Shown here: piece by piece, positions 9,391 through 20,630 of the stretch | Layout: every line of letters begins with the position of its first letter | Numbering within the stretch: the first letter of the stretch is position 1 | Source of the DNA: an uncultured Bacillota bacterium | GTDB taxonomy: Bacteria > Bacillota_I > Bacilli_A > RF39 > UBA660 | Length of the DNA stretch: 63,641 bases | NCBI GenBank assembly: GCA_947650795.1 | Contig: CANSWR010000002.1 | Location: forward strand, 1-63,641 | Reading direction: 5' to 3' | Translations under genes and position numbers: made by a program | Notes under the pieces: model-generated | The model's input: the letters and a program-made list of their open reading frames with translations, nothing else | What the model was told of the DNA's origin: nothing | Databases searched by the model: none

Positions 9391-9630
9391 TTAAACATAT
9401 TTATCTAAATCAGTTGGAACTTTATCATTAATAACCATTTCCACTATTTTCTTTGTTTTCTCTTCACTTACTTCTTTACCTGTTATTTCACTTATCTCAC
9501 CAATAATACTTCTAAGAGTCTCCTCATTTTTAAAATCCCCATCTTGAAGCTTTCTAGCAAGACTAATTATAGTATCTTTATTTACATTAGTTTTCTTCTC
9601 AATTCTATCAAACAAATCTTCTTTAGCCAT
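9391..9630 (-). CDS. SpoVIF-like sporulation protein
   Basis: MAKEDLFDRIEKKTNVNKDTIISLARKLQDGDFKNEETLRSII resembles B. subtilis SpoVIF (..IEKKTGV...LA..LQ..NFKDE.T.R..I) from memory. Confidence 0.6.
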   Translation of the reverse strand: MAKEDLFDRIEKKTNVNKDTIISLARKLQDGDFKNEETLRSIIGEISEITGKEVSEEKTKKIVEMVINDKVPTDLDKYV

Positions 9631-9774
9631 TTTACCCACCACCTACAGTATTATATGAAAGCATCTAAATATTGACACTTATTAAAGAAATAACATACAA
9701 GAAAAATAATTAAAATGAACTTAAATAAAAAACAAATAAAATGACAAAAGAAATAATAATAATCATTCACTCAA

Positions 9775-9804
9775 ATTAAAATAGACTTCAAAAAACGAAG
9801 TCTA
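9775..9804 (-). terminator. terminator hairpin overlapping the der stop codon
   Basis: TAGACTTC (9782-9789) / GAAGTCTA (9797-9804), followed on the minus strand by TTTTAATTT. Confidence 0.6.
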
Positions 9805-11115
9805 TTTTTCTCCCTTATTCTTAAACTGAAGTATTATAGGTGTTCCGCTAAAATCTATATTTTGTCTTATCTTATTTTCTAAATATCTTTGATAACTAAA
9901 ATGAACGAGTCCTTTACTATTTACCTCAATATTAAATTTAGGAGGCCTATTTCCAGCTTGACTAGTAAAATATATTTTAAGTCTTTTACCCTTATATGAT
10001 GGAGGTGGAGTCTCTATAAATGCGTCTAAAATTATTTCATTAATAACACTTGTTTTAATTTCCTTACTAGCATTACTGTAACTTTCCAAAACTAAAGGCA
10101 TCAAAGTACTAATACGTTTCTTAGTTTTAGCACTAACAAAACATATTTTAGCATAAGGCATAAATTGAAAATTATTCTTTATATCATTTTTCCACTTTCT
10201 TAATTCCTCTTCCATATTACCTTCAATAGTATCCCATTTATTTACACATATCACAATCGCTTTTCCTGCTTCTATTGCATATCCAGCAATATGCTTATCA
10301 TGTTCAATTATACCTTCCTCTGCATTTATAACTAAAATACACACATCACTTCTATCTATAGCTCTCATACTTCTAAGAAGACTATACTTTTCAACACTTT
10401 CAAAAATCTTACCCTTTTTACGTAATCCAGCAGTATCAATTAAAACATACTCTTCTCCATTATATTTAAGTGTAGTATCTATTGCATCCCTAGTAGTACC
10501 TGCAATATCACTAACTATTACTCTAGTCTCATTAAGTAAAGCGTTAACTAAACTACTCTTACCCACATTAGGCCTACCTATTATAGAAAACTTTAATCTA
10601 TCATCTATTTCTTCATCTGATAACATAAAATTCTCTGTAACTTTATCCATAAGAGTATTAATTCCAATATTATGTTCACTACTAATAGAAACATAATCAT
10701 CAAAACCTAAAACATAAAAATCATACATATTTTCTTCACTTAATTTATTATCTATCTTATTTATAGCAACTATAACTCTTTTATTACTTTTTCTTAACAT
10801 ATCTCTAATAAACAAATCATTACTAGTGACACCATCTTTTCCATCAACAACAAAAATAATAACATCACTTTCCATAATACCTATCTCAACTTGCGCTTTT
10901 ATCTCTTGATTAAATGATACATTATCTAACTCTATACCACCTGTATCAATTAAATAAAATGAAGTATCATCATATGTAGCACTAGCATAAATTCTATCTC
11001 TAGTAACACCTGGAATATCTTCTATAATACTTATCTTTTTCCCAACAAGTCTATTAAAAAGAGTACTCTTACCTACATTTGGTTTCCCTACTAAACATAC
11101 AGTATTCTTTCTCAT
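9802..11115 (-). CDS. der: ribosome-associated GTPase Der/EngA
   Basis: Two tandem GTPase domains (GKPNVGKSTLFN and GRPNVGKSSLVN) plus a KH-like C-terminus. Confidence 0.95.
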   Translation of the reverse strand: MRKNTVCLVGKPNVGKSTLFNRLVGKKISIIEDIPGVTRDRIYASATYDDTSFYLIDTGGIELDNVSFNQEIKAQVEIGIMESDVIIFVVDGKDGVTSNDLFIRDMLRKSNKRVIVAINKIDNKLSEENMYDFYVLGFDDYVSISSEHNIGINTLMDKVTENFMLSDEEIDDRLKFSIIGRPNVGKSSLVNALLNETRVIVSDIAGTTRDAIDTTLKYNGEEYVLIDTAGLRKKGKIFESVEKYSLLRSMRAIDRSDVCILVINAEEGIIEHDKHIAGYAIEAGKAIVICVNKWDTIEGNMEEELRKWKNDIKNNFQFMPYAKICFVSAKTKKRISTLMPLVLESYSNASKEIKTSVINEIILDAFIETPPPSYKGKRLKIYFTSQAGNRPPKFNIEVNSKGLVHFSYQRYLENKIRQNIDFSGTPIILQFKNKGEK

Positions 11116-11207
11116 AATAAGTCACCTCTTTACGTATGAATTATACCATAATTTTGTACATATTAAAAGAAAAAAATAAAAAACCTAATCTTATGACTAG
11201 ATTTTTA

Positions 11208-11828
11208 TCATGCCGTTTGATCTTCCCATACTACATTATCATCTGTAACCATTTTAACGACTTCTCTACCATCAATCTTATAAATACCTAATATTCTCCA
11301 CATAACACCACTATAATATAAATAATTATTTGGATTTACCCCAGTATATAAACATGGTTCACTCTCTGTGATAGTTTCACATTTTAAGTCATCCTTAATA
11401 GAATCCACTAAATCTTTATCTGTAGTACTACCCTCTTGTCCATCCCAAATAGCAATAACACTATTTCCAGTAACTTTAATAAGAATTCTTTCCTCATTCA
11501 AACTACTATCATCTACAGGATTTAAAACACATCCATTATCAGAATGACCACTTGTACATGAACCATAACCTTTATCAACTTCTGCATTAATATATTTGCT
11601 ATCAATTAAAGTATAAACATAAATAGTTGTATCTTGAATAAAATTTTTATCTCTTCCATAATTCTCAGCTGCTACTAAAATAAGCTGCTTCTTATTATCT
11701 AAAAGTCTTTCATTAATTCTCTTTCTTATAAGTACAATACTAGGAATAGCAATGGCTAGAATTATACCAATTATAACAATAACTATTAACACTTCAGTTA
11801 AAGTAAAACCAGACTTATTTTTATCCAT
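11208..11828 (-). CDS. prepilin-type N-terminal cleavage/methylation domain protein (type IV pilin-like)
   Basis: KSGFTLTEVLIVIVIIGIILAIAIPS has the G/FTLxE prepilin motif. Start chosen at MDKNKSG after GGAGGG. Confidence 0.8.
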   Translation of the reverse strand: MDKNKSGFTLTEVLIVIVIIGIILAIAIPSIVLIRKRINERLLDNKKQLILVAAENYGRDKNFIQDTTIYVYTLIDSKYINAEVDKGYGSCTSGHSDNGCVLNPVDDSSLNEERILIKVTGNSVIAIWDGQEGSTTDKDLVDSIKDDLKCETITESEPCLYTGVNPNNYLYYSGVMWRILGIYKIDGREVVKMVTDDNVVWEDQTA

Positions 11829-11949
11829 AACTATTTTACCCTCCATATTCTATATATGTATTATACCCAACTACTACTATTTATAATACAATCTAATATT
11901 ACCATGAATTTATAACAAAGTCAAAAATTAAATGGAGATAATCTAAAAT

Positions 11950-12495
11950 TTATTCTTTATTTAATGTCTTACCACCTTCAGTATAACAAAGCTTTAATAA
12001 CAAATCTTCCTTAGTATAACTATCTAACTGATTAATGTTAATATCCACTCCAAATTCTTCAAATTTATCTTGATTATCTACAAAAAACTTATTCTTTTCA
12101 TAATCCTCTAAAATAATGCCAATTTTCTTATGTTGCCTACTTTGTAAATAATTAAATCCTAAAAGTCCTATTGAAGCAATAAAAGCAATAAATTGTTGTT
12201 CTAATAAGGAATATGCAAAACCAACTCCACATAAATATCTACTCAAAATATCATCAAACCCATCATATCTTTCTCTAATTTTCTTAAATATTTCTTCACT
12301 ATAAATAATTTGATTCTTCATAAATAACAAAACAACTTTCTCAGCATCCGTTGTATATGGTACAACTAAATCATCTTCTTTAGCATAATGAATTATCAAA
12401 TTACCATCTTTAACTTCATAATTAAGAATAAATCTAAATTTACATTCTAAAAATTTAGTATAATCTAACATAATATACACCCCTTCTTTGGACAA
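11950..12495 (-). CDS. hypothetical protein
   Basis: ORF track, 181 aa. One central hydrophobic segment. Confidence 0.55.
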   Translation of the reverse strand: MSKEGVYIMLDYTKFLECKFRFILNYEVKDGNLIIHYAKEDDLVVPYTTDAEKVVLLFMKNQIIYSEEIFKKIRERYDGFDDILSRYLCGVGFAYSLLEQQFIAFIASIGLLGFNYLQSRQHKKIGIILEDYEKNKFFVDNQDKFEEFGVDININQLDSYTKEDLLLKLCYTEGGKTLNKE

Positions 12496-12504
12496 AGAAA
12501 AAAG

Positions 12505-13092
12505 CTATTGTACCATTTTTCTCATCATTATATCAATAACCCTATCTCTTCCTATCTTAGTCATCTTACTAAAATTAACTATATCATCTCCCATAGCAAT
12601 ATCTATGGTACTACTTATAAGCTTATCTTGCTTTGATTGCTGACTTTTCTTAACTTTATCATGTTTAGTACAAACAACCGTAACTGATAAATTATAATAT
12701 TTTAAAAAGTCATACATAAGTAAATCATCTTCACTAGGCCTATGTCTATAATCCACAAGTAAAAATACATGCTTTAAATTTGGTCTATTCATAATATATT
12801 CTTCTATCATAATACCAAACTTTTCTTGTTTCTTATTGCTAACAGCAGCATACCCATATCCAGGTACATCCACTATATAACATAAATTATCTATTCTATA
12901 AAAATTAAGAGTTTGTGTCTTACCAGGTTTACTACTTGTTCTAGCAATATTTTTTCTATTAACTAATGTATTAATAAAACTACTTTTACCTACATTACTT
13001 CTACCTAAAATTAAAAACTCAGGTTTATGGTCATCAGGATATTGACTTACTCTGACAGCTACATTAGAAAGTTCCACCTCATCAAACTTCAT
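12505..13092 (-). CDS. engB: ribosome biogenesis GTP-binding protein YihA/YsxC
   Basis: The P-loop and overall layout (GRSNVGKSSFINTL ... DVPGYGYA) match the EngB family. Confidence 0.9.
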   Translation of the reverse strand: MKFDEVELSNVAVRVSQYPDDHKPEFLILGRSNVGKSSFINTLVNRKNIARTSSKPGKTQTLNFYRIDNLCYIVDVPGYGYAAVSNKKQEKFGIMIEEYIMNRPNLKHVFLLVDYRHRPSEDDLLMYDFLKYYNLSVTVVCTKHDKVKKSQQSKQDKLISSTIDIAMGDDIVNFSKMTKIGRDRVIDIMMRKMVQ

Positions 13093-13161
13093 AAGTACAC
13101 CTCACTTCTATTATATTATACTATACTTATATTCTCTTTACTAGTAGGAACTTTTCTAGTT

Positions 13162-14415
13162 TTATTCTCCTTTTATTTTTAAAATAGATTTATTATCTAA
13201 ACTTATATTACTTAAAACTTTATTAACATCACTAAGACTTATACTATTAATAATTTCATCTCTATTATTTATTACTTTATTATATGTAAAGATCTCAGTT
13301 GCTATTCTATCTTCAATATCTAAAATATTTTCAAATGATAAAATCAAAGAACTAAGTTTAGCACGTTTTTTCCTTTCAAGTGCCTCATCATCCATAGATA
13401 AATTACTCATATATTTATCTACTATATTTTCAAAAATATTTCCTTTATATGTACTTGCTTTAAAATAAATTAAAAAATAACCATCACTTACTTCAAATCC
13501 CCAATTAAATCTCTTAATTCCTTCTTTATTTAGTTCTTCATAGGCATCTCCAGAAAGACCAAAAACATTACTTAAAGACATACTTAGAATAGACTTCTGC
13601 ATAATTAAAGAAATATCTTTAATAACTTTTGTCTTATATCCTACTATTATTTTAGGCTCACTTACAGACATAGTAATCTCTTCTTCTGAAACTAAAACAC
13701 TATTCTTTTCTCTCGGTTTAATAACCTTTGGTTTATTCTTTGGAGGCTTTATATTTTTAGTATATTTAGATATAAAATCCATAACTTCATTCTCATCAAA
13801 ATCTCCAGTTACTATCACAAACATATTATCTATTCTATAAAAATCTTTATATAATCTTCTAAGTTCATTACCACTGACACTTTCTATTCCTTCTCTTGTC
13901 CCTAAAACGGGATATTTAATTGCCGAATCAGTAAAAATATTTTCACTTAAATTATTATGAAGAATAAAATATGGATCATCAAAATACATATCATATTCTT
14001 CTAAAATAATACCTCTTTCATTTTCTACATCTTCATCTTTTATTGAAGCTTTAAACACACGGTCAAATAGAAGTTCTATATTTTCTAATATATTCTCATG
14101 TCCAAAAATATTATAATTAGTTCCATTATAAGTAGTATAAGCATTTGCCATTGAACCAAACTCACTTATCTTATCTTGAGCTTCTTGATTTTTAGTAAAA
14201 TCCATAACTCTATGTTCTAAAAAATGAGCACTACCTTTAGTAATTTCATAAATTTTATTACCAGATTTATATTTCATAACATCTGCACCAAAACGTGTAG
14301 AAACTGTAATATAAAAGTTCTTTGTTTTATTTGTTTTATATAAATATATTCTTAGACCATTAGGAAGTTTATTCTCTATTATAGTTTCATCATAATTAAA
14401 TTTAATTTTTCTCAT
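13162..14415 (-). CDS. M16-family zinc peptidase (active subunit)
   Basis: The inverted zinc motif HxxEH is present (HFLEH). Confidence 0.85.
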   Translation of the reverse strand: MRKIKFNYDETIIENKLPNGLRIYLYKTNKTKNFYITVSTRFGADVMKYKSGNKIYEITKGSAHFLEHRVMDFTKNQEAQDKISEFGSMANAYTTYNGTNYNIFGHENILENIELLFDRVFKASIKDEDVENERGIILEEYDMYFDDPYFILHNNLSENIFTDSAIKYPVLGTREGIESVSGNELRRLYKDFYRIDNMFVIVTGDFDENEVMDFISKYTKNIKPPKNKPKVIKPREKNSVLVSEEEITMSVSEPKIIVGYKTKVIKDISLIMQKSILSMSLSNVFGLSGDAYEELNKEGIKRFNWGFEVSDGYFLIYFKASTYKGNIFENIVDKYMSNLSMDDEALERKKRAKLSSLILSFENILDIEDRIATEIFTYNKVINNRDEIINSISLSDVNKVLSNISLDNKSILKIKGE

Positions 14416-15676
14416 TTATACTCCCCTCCAATAAAAACACATATCCAACTTTAACTTTTTTAGCTAACTCACATATTTCTTTTACACTAATATTTTTTAC
14501 CTTTTCTCTTCTTTCTTCAATACTTGGAATAGAAGTAAACTCATTCATAAAATAAAATGTAATAATTTTACTCATACTATCATAAAAATCATTTTGTGCA
14601 ATTTCTATAGTTTTCTTAGCATTAACAATATGCGCTTTAATAACACTCTCTTTTTCCATACTATTTATTGAATCATTAATTATTTTAAGTGCCTTATCAT
14701 AATTTTTTCTATTAATACCAGATTCAATTTCAATAGTATCTGTAAATTTATTAATAAAACTTCCCACATGATAACATAAAGAATTCTTCTCTCTTACATT
14801 CATAAATAAAACTGAATTATTCATATTTCCTAAAATAGTATTATAAAGCATTAATTTATAATCTCTTTCATCTTCTGTAATATCATCAATAGTACATCCT
14901 ACAAATAAACTAGACTGCATAGTATTAATACTCTCTTTGTCTTCAAAAACATTATTTTTCTTAATTTTAGTGTATAAATTTTTATCTGTAGTATCTTCTT
15001 GCTTTATATTCTTCATAATAAGTGAAATTTCATTAATAACTTCTAAAGTATCAAAGTCACCACATACAAGCACATCAACTTTATAATTACTAAATAGTTC
15101 TTTATATATTTTATAAAGTTCTTTATTTTCTAATTTTTCAAATACTTTAATATTTTTATAATTGTTTTCTGCATAAACACTACCTTTTAAAAAGTTTTCT
15201 TCAAATTTTAGTCTACCATAATTTTCTGGTGAATCTTTAACATTCAAAATAGACTTTATTAGATTATCTTTTTCTATATCAAAAACTTCCTTATTAAACT
15301 GTTCATCAACTATTTTAGGATTAAATAATATCTCTTTTAACATATCACATGCATCATGTAACAAAGTATCATTAGTATACTTAGGATTAACTATTCCTAA
15401 ATTAATTTCAAAAGTCATATTTTTACTTAAACAAAAAAACGTTGATACTAAATTAGTCCTATATAAACTTTCTAACTTTTTATTAATATCTTTTACTTTT
15501 TTATACTTTTTAGTTCCATTAAAAGGTAGTATTCTTTCTAATAATTTCAAATATGCTCCTGTTGTCTTTTCATATGGCTTAGTAAATCTTATAGATATAT
15601 TTATCTTTTTAAACCTATCAGTATTTATCAAATGCAAAGTATAATTATCATTCACTTGTTTTTTATAGTCTATCAT
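14402..15676 (-). CDS. M16-family peptidase-like protein (no HxxEH; probable non-catalytic partner)
   Basis: Same size and architecture as the M16 gene, and translationally overlapped with it. Confidence 0.7.
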   Translation of the reverse strand: MIDYKKQVNDNYTLHLINTDRFKKINISIRFTKPYEKTTGAYLKLLERILPFNGTKKYKKVKDINKKLESLYRTNLVSTFFCLSKNMTFEINLGIVNPKYTNDTLLHDACDMLKEILFNPKIVDEQFNKEVFDIEKDNLIKSILNVKDSPENYGRLKFEENFLKGSVYAENNYKNIKVFEKLENKELYKIYKELFSNYKVDVLVCGDFDTLEVINEISLIMKNIKQEDTTDKNLYTKIKKNNVFEDKESINTMQSSLFVGCTIDDITEDERDYKLMLYNTILGNMNNSVLFMNVREKNSLCYHVGSFINKFTDTIEIESGINRKNYDKALKIINDSINSMEKESVIKAHIVNAKKTIEIAQNDFYDSMSKIITFYFMNEFTSIPSIEERREKVKNISVKEICELAKKVKVGYVFLLEGSINEKN

Positions 15677-15799
15677 AAAACACCTCTAAATTTTATTATA
15701 ACCTATTTTTGGTAATTTATATATAGTTTTCCCAAAGATTTTTTGTTAGAACTCATATTTTAAATAATTTACAATTATCATACAAAAAAATCAAGAAAT

Positions 15800-16522
15800 T
15801 CATTCTTGACATTCTAAATTTACTACACTTTCTAAAACTAATTTCATCATATCATTAAATCCCTTTTCTCTATCTTCACTAGATAAAGATTCTCCTGTAA
15901 CAAAAGAATCTGAAATAGTCAATATACATGCAGCACGCTTATTTAATCTCTTAGCATTATAAAACAAACTAAAAGTTTCCATCTCAACACATTTACAATC
16001 AAACTCATCTCTAACTTTATTCATATCAAAGTTTTCTGTATAAAATGCTCCTGTAGAATGAACTCTACCTTTTTTAATAATTAGATTTAGTTCATTACTT
16101 ATTCTTTCTATAACATTATTTATATCTTTAGAAGAACTCACTAAATTCTCTTTATTTCCATTACATTCATAAGCATAATTATTTTCTGAATAAGAACTCT
16201 CTACTAAATAAATATCATTTACATTTAATTCTTCACTATAACTTCCTGCACTACCTATTCTAATAATAGTATCAACGTCATATTCAGTAAAAAGTTCATG
16301 ACTATAAATACCCATAGAAGGAATACCCATACCACTAGAAAAAATAGTAACTCTTACATCTTTATAATATCCTGTATACCCTAGTTCTCCTCTAACTTCA
16401 TTAATTAATTTATAATTGTTTAGATAGTTCTTTGTTATATAATCTACCCTTCTTGGATCTCCTGGCATTATAACTATCTTCGCAATATCATTTTTTTCAC
16501 TCTCAATATGAGGCGTTGGCAT
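15800..16522 (-). CDS. deoD: purine nucleoside phosphorylase, DeoD type
   Basis: MPTPHI...MPGDPRR...GMGIPSMGIYSHEL...VEMET matches E. coli DeoD landmarks. Confidence 0.9.
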   Translation of the reverse strand: MPTPHIESEKNDIAKIVIMPGDPRRVDYITKNYLNNYKLINEVRGELGYTGYYKDVRVTIFSSGMGIPSMGIYSHELFTEYDVDTIIRIGSAGSYSEELNVNDIYLVESSYSENNYAYECNGNKENLVSSSKDINNVIERISNELNLIIKKGRVHSTGAFYTENFDMNKVRDEFDCKCVEMETFSLFYNAKRLNKRAACILTISDSFVTGESLSSEDREKGFNDMMKLVLESVVNLECQE

Positions 16523-18813
16523 TATTCGTCACCTCCATCACTTTGTTCATTACCCAATGTTATCAAAACCTCTCTAGGTTTAGAACCATTTTGTGGTCCT
16601 ATTACTCCATTTTCTTCTAACATATCTATCATTCTTGCAGCTTTATTATAACCAACTCTGTATTTTCTTTGTATCAAAGAAGCACTTATCTTTCCAGCTC
16701 TTACAGCAAATTCTACTACATCATTATATAAAGCATCTTCATTATCAAGTCCACCATTCCCACCATTTACAGCACTTTCTTGTTTCATCATTTCTTCTTT
16801 AGGTCCACTATCCAAATCTTGCATTTTCTCATCAACTTTAACTTGATATCCTTGAGCTTTAACAAAATCCACTACTCTGTTAATCTCATCATCAGAAACA
16901 TAACTTCCTTGTATCCTTATAGGAGCTGGTTCTCCAGAAGGCAAAAACAACATATCACCTTTACCTAATAACTTCTCAGCTCCTGACATATCAAGAATAG
17001 TTCTTGAATCAACATTTGTTGAAACCATAAAACTTACACGAGTAGGAATATTAGACTTTATAATTCCTGTAATAACATCTGTACTAGGCCTTTGAGTAGC
17101 AACAATCAAATGTATTCCAGCAGCACGTGCTAACTGAGTAATTCTCATTACAGAAGCTTCAACCTCTTTACCTGCAACCATCATTAAATCTGCTAACTCA
17201 TCTATGATAACTAATATAAAAGGCAATTTCTCTAAACCTGGTCTAGTCTTTTGATTTTTCTCTACATATTCATTATAAGAAGCAATATTTCTGGTTCCAC
17301 TAGCAGCAAACATTTCATATCTCTCATCCATTATCATACATACTTTTTGAAGTGCAACAGCTGCTTTTTTAGGATCAGTCACAACAGGCCTCATTAAATG
17401 TGGCACTCCCTCATAACAATTAAGTTCAACCTTTTTAGGATCAACTAAAATCATTCTTACTTCATCTGGTTTAGCTCTCATTAATATAGAACTTATAATA
17501 TTATTAATACAAACTGACTTACCACTACCAGTAGCGCCCGCTACTAACATATGTGGAGCTTTACTAATATCAAAATATTGAATATTTCCCATAATATCTA
17601 AACCTAAAGGTGCAACAAGCTTAGCACTATCTAATTTTTTAGGAATACCCATAAGTATATCTTTCATTTTCACTTCACTTGTAACAGGATTAGGTATCTC
17701 AATACCTATAGTACTTTTACCTGGTATAGGAGCTTGTATTCTAACATCCTTAGCAGCAAGTGCAAGAGCAATTTCTTTATTTATACTTGTAATTTTACTC
17801 AACTTAGTCCCAGCTTTAACCTCAATTTCATATTGAGTAACAGTAGGACCTACATGCACTTCAACGACACGGCCCTGAATACCAAAGTCCATAAAAACTC
17901 TTTCAAGAATTTTATTATTAGAAGTTATAAACTCTGTAGAATTAACTTTACCCTTATTCTTACTACCCTGTAATAAATCTAAAGGAGGCAAAACATAATC
18001 TCCTTTAATTTGAGGCTCATGTTGATTATTAGAAGCATCTAAGTTAGTTATTAAATCATCTGTTGTCTCTATAGTTTTTCTAACCTCTTTATAATCTTCA
18101 TGATATTGTTCAAGAGGAGTTGGTTTAGTTAATTCATTAATATTAGTAATTACAACTTTACCTTCACTTCTTTCATCTTCTATTCTAGCTCTCTCCTCTA
18201 AATCTCTTTCTCCTTCTTCACTCATCTCTTCTATAGATTTTTTCTTCTTTTTAAATGGTTTTATTACAAAATTAATTATATCTAAAAGAGTAATATCAAA
18301 TAACATTACAGCACCAAAAACAGCTATTACTGCACATACTATTAAAGTACCTGGAATATCAAATAAAGAAACAAACGCTGTTGCTAAAAGTCCTCCTATA
18401 ATACCTCCACCTGTGTATTTAATACCAGAAGGACTATTAAAAGAAGCCGTTATATTATTCATAGTTTGTTTTAAAATTTCTACTCCAGTTAAATTATTGT
18501 CTTTAACATACTCTAAATGTGCTAAAAGCAAAATAGATATTAAAATCATATAGATTCCTACTAATCTAGCATTAAAATAATTAGGTTTATCTCTTTTAAT
18601 AATTATAGCTACACCTAATAATATTGATATAACAAGAACTAAAATATACCAATTTCCAAAAAGAAACACTGCAAAATTTCTAATAACTCTACCTACAGGC
18701 CCAAATTTACCAAAACCTAAAACACCTATTAATATAAGGAATAATCCTTCTATTTCTTTAGCATATGGAAACTCTTGTTTTTTATCATCTTTTTTAGTTT
18801 TATTCTTCGCCAT
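16522..18813 (-). CDS. ftsK: DNA translocase FtsK/SpoIIIE
   Basis: N-terminal TM helices, a linker, an ATPase domain (AGATGSGKSVCIN, IIDELADLMM) and a C-terminal gamma winged-helix domain. Confidence 0.95.
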   Translation of the reverse strand: MAKNKTKKDDKKQEFPYAKEIEGLFLILIGVLGFGKFGPVGRVIRNFAVFLFGNWYILVLVISILLGVAIIIKRDKPNYFNARLVGIYMILISILLLAHLEYVKDNNLTGVEILKQTMNNITASFNSPSGIKYTGGGIIGGLLATAFVSLFDIPGTLIVCAVIAVFGAVMLFDITLLDIINFVIKPFKKKKKSIEEMSEEGERDLEERARIEDERSEGKVVITNINELTKPTPLEQYHEDYKEVRKTIETTDDLITNLDASNNQHEPQIKGDYVLPPLDLLQGSKNKGKVNSTEFITSNNKILERVFMDFGIQGRVVEVHVGPTVTQYEIEVKAGTKLSKITSINKEIALALAAKDVRIQAPIPGKSTIGIEIPNPVTSEVKMKDILMGIPKKLDSAKLVAPLGLDIMGNIQYFDISKAPHMLVAGATGSGKSVCINNIISSILMRAKPDEVRMILVDPKKVELNCYEGVPHLMRPVVTDPKKAAVALQKVCMIMDERYEMFAASGTRNIASYNEYVEKNQKTRPGLEKLPFILVIIDELADLMMVAGKEVEASVMRITQLARAAGIHLIVATQRPSTDVITGIIKSNIPTRVSFMVSTNVDSRTILDMSGAEKLLGKGDMLFLPSGEPAPIRIQGSYVSDDEINRVVDFVKAQGYQVKVDEKMQDLDSGPKEEMMKQESAVNGGNGGLDNEDALYNDVVEFAVRAGKISASLIQRKYRVGYNKAARMIDMLEENGVIGPQNGSKPREVLITLGNEQSDGGDE

Positions 18814-18831
18814 TATTTACTTCACCTCTTG

Positions 18832-20556
18832 CTAATTTTCATAAGCACTTAATAATTTTTTATGGATTCCTGGTTCCACAATATTAAGCGTATTTAAAGA
18901 AAGTTCTAAACTTTTCTTATAATCACCTTTCATAAACTCTTTTTCTGCTTTCCTAAGATCAATATCAATTTCTCTATAAGTAGAACGATACCTATTACCA
19001 TAAACAATTGCCATCTCTGCCATCTGAGCAGTTTTAGTTAACTCTTTAGAAAGAGTATATAACTTTAATACTAAATCTCTTCCAGTATCTACTCTAGTAT
19101 TTAAATCACTTATAACTATAGGTTTCTTCTCTAACTCATTAATTATACTCTTAATCCCTTCTTTAGCCTCATCTAGCTCAACATAATATGTTTTAGGAAT
19201 AACTGGTAACTTATATTCTTTAATCTTATTCTTAGCATCTTTTAAAATTGTTCTTATTTCAGTTAACTGTTCTCTTGCACGTATTTCATCTTCTTTTAAA
19301 CTTCCTAAACTTTTCATAATAGACTCTAAATTATCCTCTGTATTAGCTATTTTAACACTCACAAGTTCACACTCTTTAGCTAAACGACTATAAGGAGTAA
19401 CTTTAGTTAAAGTTCTATCATTCACTTGTTTAAATTGATCTTTTTCCATTACTAATTCTTTACTTATAACGTCTAAACTTTTAAGCTCATCTTGAGTCAA
19501 AGCATAAGTTTCTCTTAACTCATCTAACTCAGCATAAATATTTTTAATAACACTAGTTAATCTACTAAGCTTTTCACTAATAGTAGACATATAAACTTCA
19601 TATTCCTTTTTACTTTGTCTCTCTTTATCAAAATCTCCATAAAGACTTTCAAAATAATCTAACATTGTTTTAAGTTCAAAAATAGAATCCTCTAAATTTA
19701 ACACTTTCAATTTATCATATATTTCACTTATCTTTCTCTCTGCTTCTGATATATTATGATCAAGTTTCATATATTCAATGTTATATCCATCCTTTTTCAT
19801 CTTAGTAGAAAGATTTTTTATTTCATTTATTTTCTTAGGAAGTATCATAGTACACATTAAAATAACAGTTGGTGTCTCATCTATAACTACCTTTATATTT
19901 TTAATTAAATCATCTAAGGCATGTGTAATCTTACCAACTTCTTCATAATCATTATTTTCCATAACTCTTTCAAAAGCACTAAAAAGCTTATTAATATTCT
20001 CAAACTGTAAATCTATAGATTTTTCCATGCCTTTATAATCAGACTTATTATTATTATACTTAGTAACTACTTCTCTATAAAGTGCTTTTAACTTAGTAAC
20101 AGCATTTCTATTTCTCTCTTCACTTTGAGTAATCTCTCTAATATCATCTAATAGTAACTCCATATCTGTTTTTACAAAATAAATATCTAACTCTGCTCTT
20201 GCAAGACTAAAAGAAGCTTCTTTAAAGTTTTTTTCTTCAATTAAAGCTTCAGCATCAGTTAACTTATCAGTAAGTTTTGGAATATCTTCTTTTTCTATTT
20301 TCTTATATCTTTTATCCCATTTTTTATATCTATCTTCTAATTTTTCATTATTTAAAAGACTCTTAACTTTTTCCATCTCTGTTAAAATAGATGGAGATAT
20401 TATTAAATTTTTTAAAGTTTCTAATCTAGTAAGTTCCTTTTCTAATTTATCTCTATTTCTTTTTCTTATCATAAAAATTGTGAATATCATAAGTCCAAAA
20501 CCTAAAGTGTATATACCAATCGCACCCAATATTATTCCACTACTCAAGTTTATCAC
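18832..20556 (-). CDS. ezrA: septation ring formation regulator EzrA
   Basis: A single N-terminal TM helix followed by about 540 aa of coiled-coil repeats. The size and layout are typical of EzrA. Confidence 0.7.
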   Translation of the reverse strand: MINLSSGIILGAIGIYTLGFGLMIFTIFMIRKRNRDKLEKELTRLETLKNLIISPSILTEMEKVKSLLNNEKLEDRYKKWDKRYKKIEKEDIPKLTDKLTDAEALIEEKNFKEASFSLARAELDIYFVKTDMELLLDDIREITQSEERNRNAVTKLKALYREVVTKYNNNKSDYKGMEKSIDLQFENINKLFSAFERVMENNDYEEVGKITHALDDLIKNIKVVIDETPTVILMCTMILPKKINEIKNLSTKMKKDGYNIEYMKLDHNISEAERKISEIYDKLKVLNLEDSIFELKTMLDYFESLYGDFDKERQSKKEYEVYMSTISEKLSRLTSVIKNIYAELDELRETYALTQDELKSLDVISKELVMEKDQFKQVNDRTLTKVTPYSRLAKECELVSVKIANTEDNLESIMKSLGSLKEDEIRAREQLTEIRTILKDAKNKIKEYKLPVIPKTYYVELDEAKEGIKSIINELEKKPIVISDLNTRVDTGRDLVLKLYTLSKELTKTAQMAEMAIVYGNRYRSTYREIDIDLRKAEKEFMKGDYKKSLELSLNTLNIVEPGIHKKLLSAYEN

Positions 20557-20630
20557 CTACTCTCTACTAAGTATTTTATCACGGATTCACAGTTTCTAAA
20601 AGAGAAAGTTAGATTTTTACTATTATTTGT

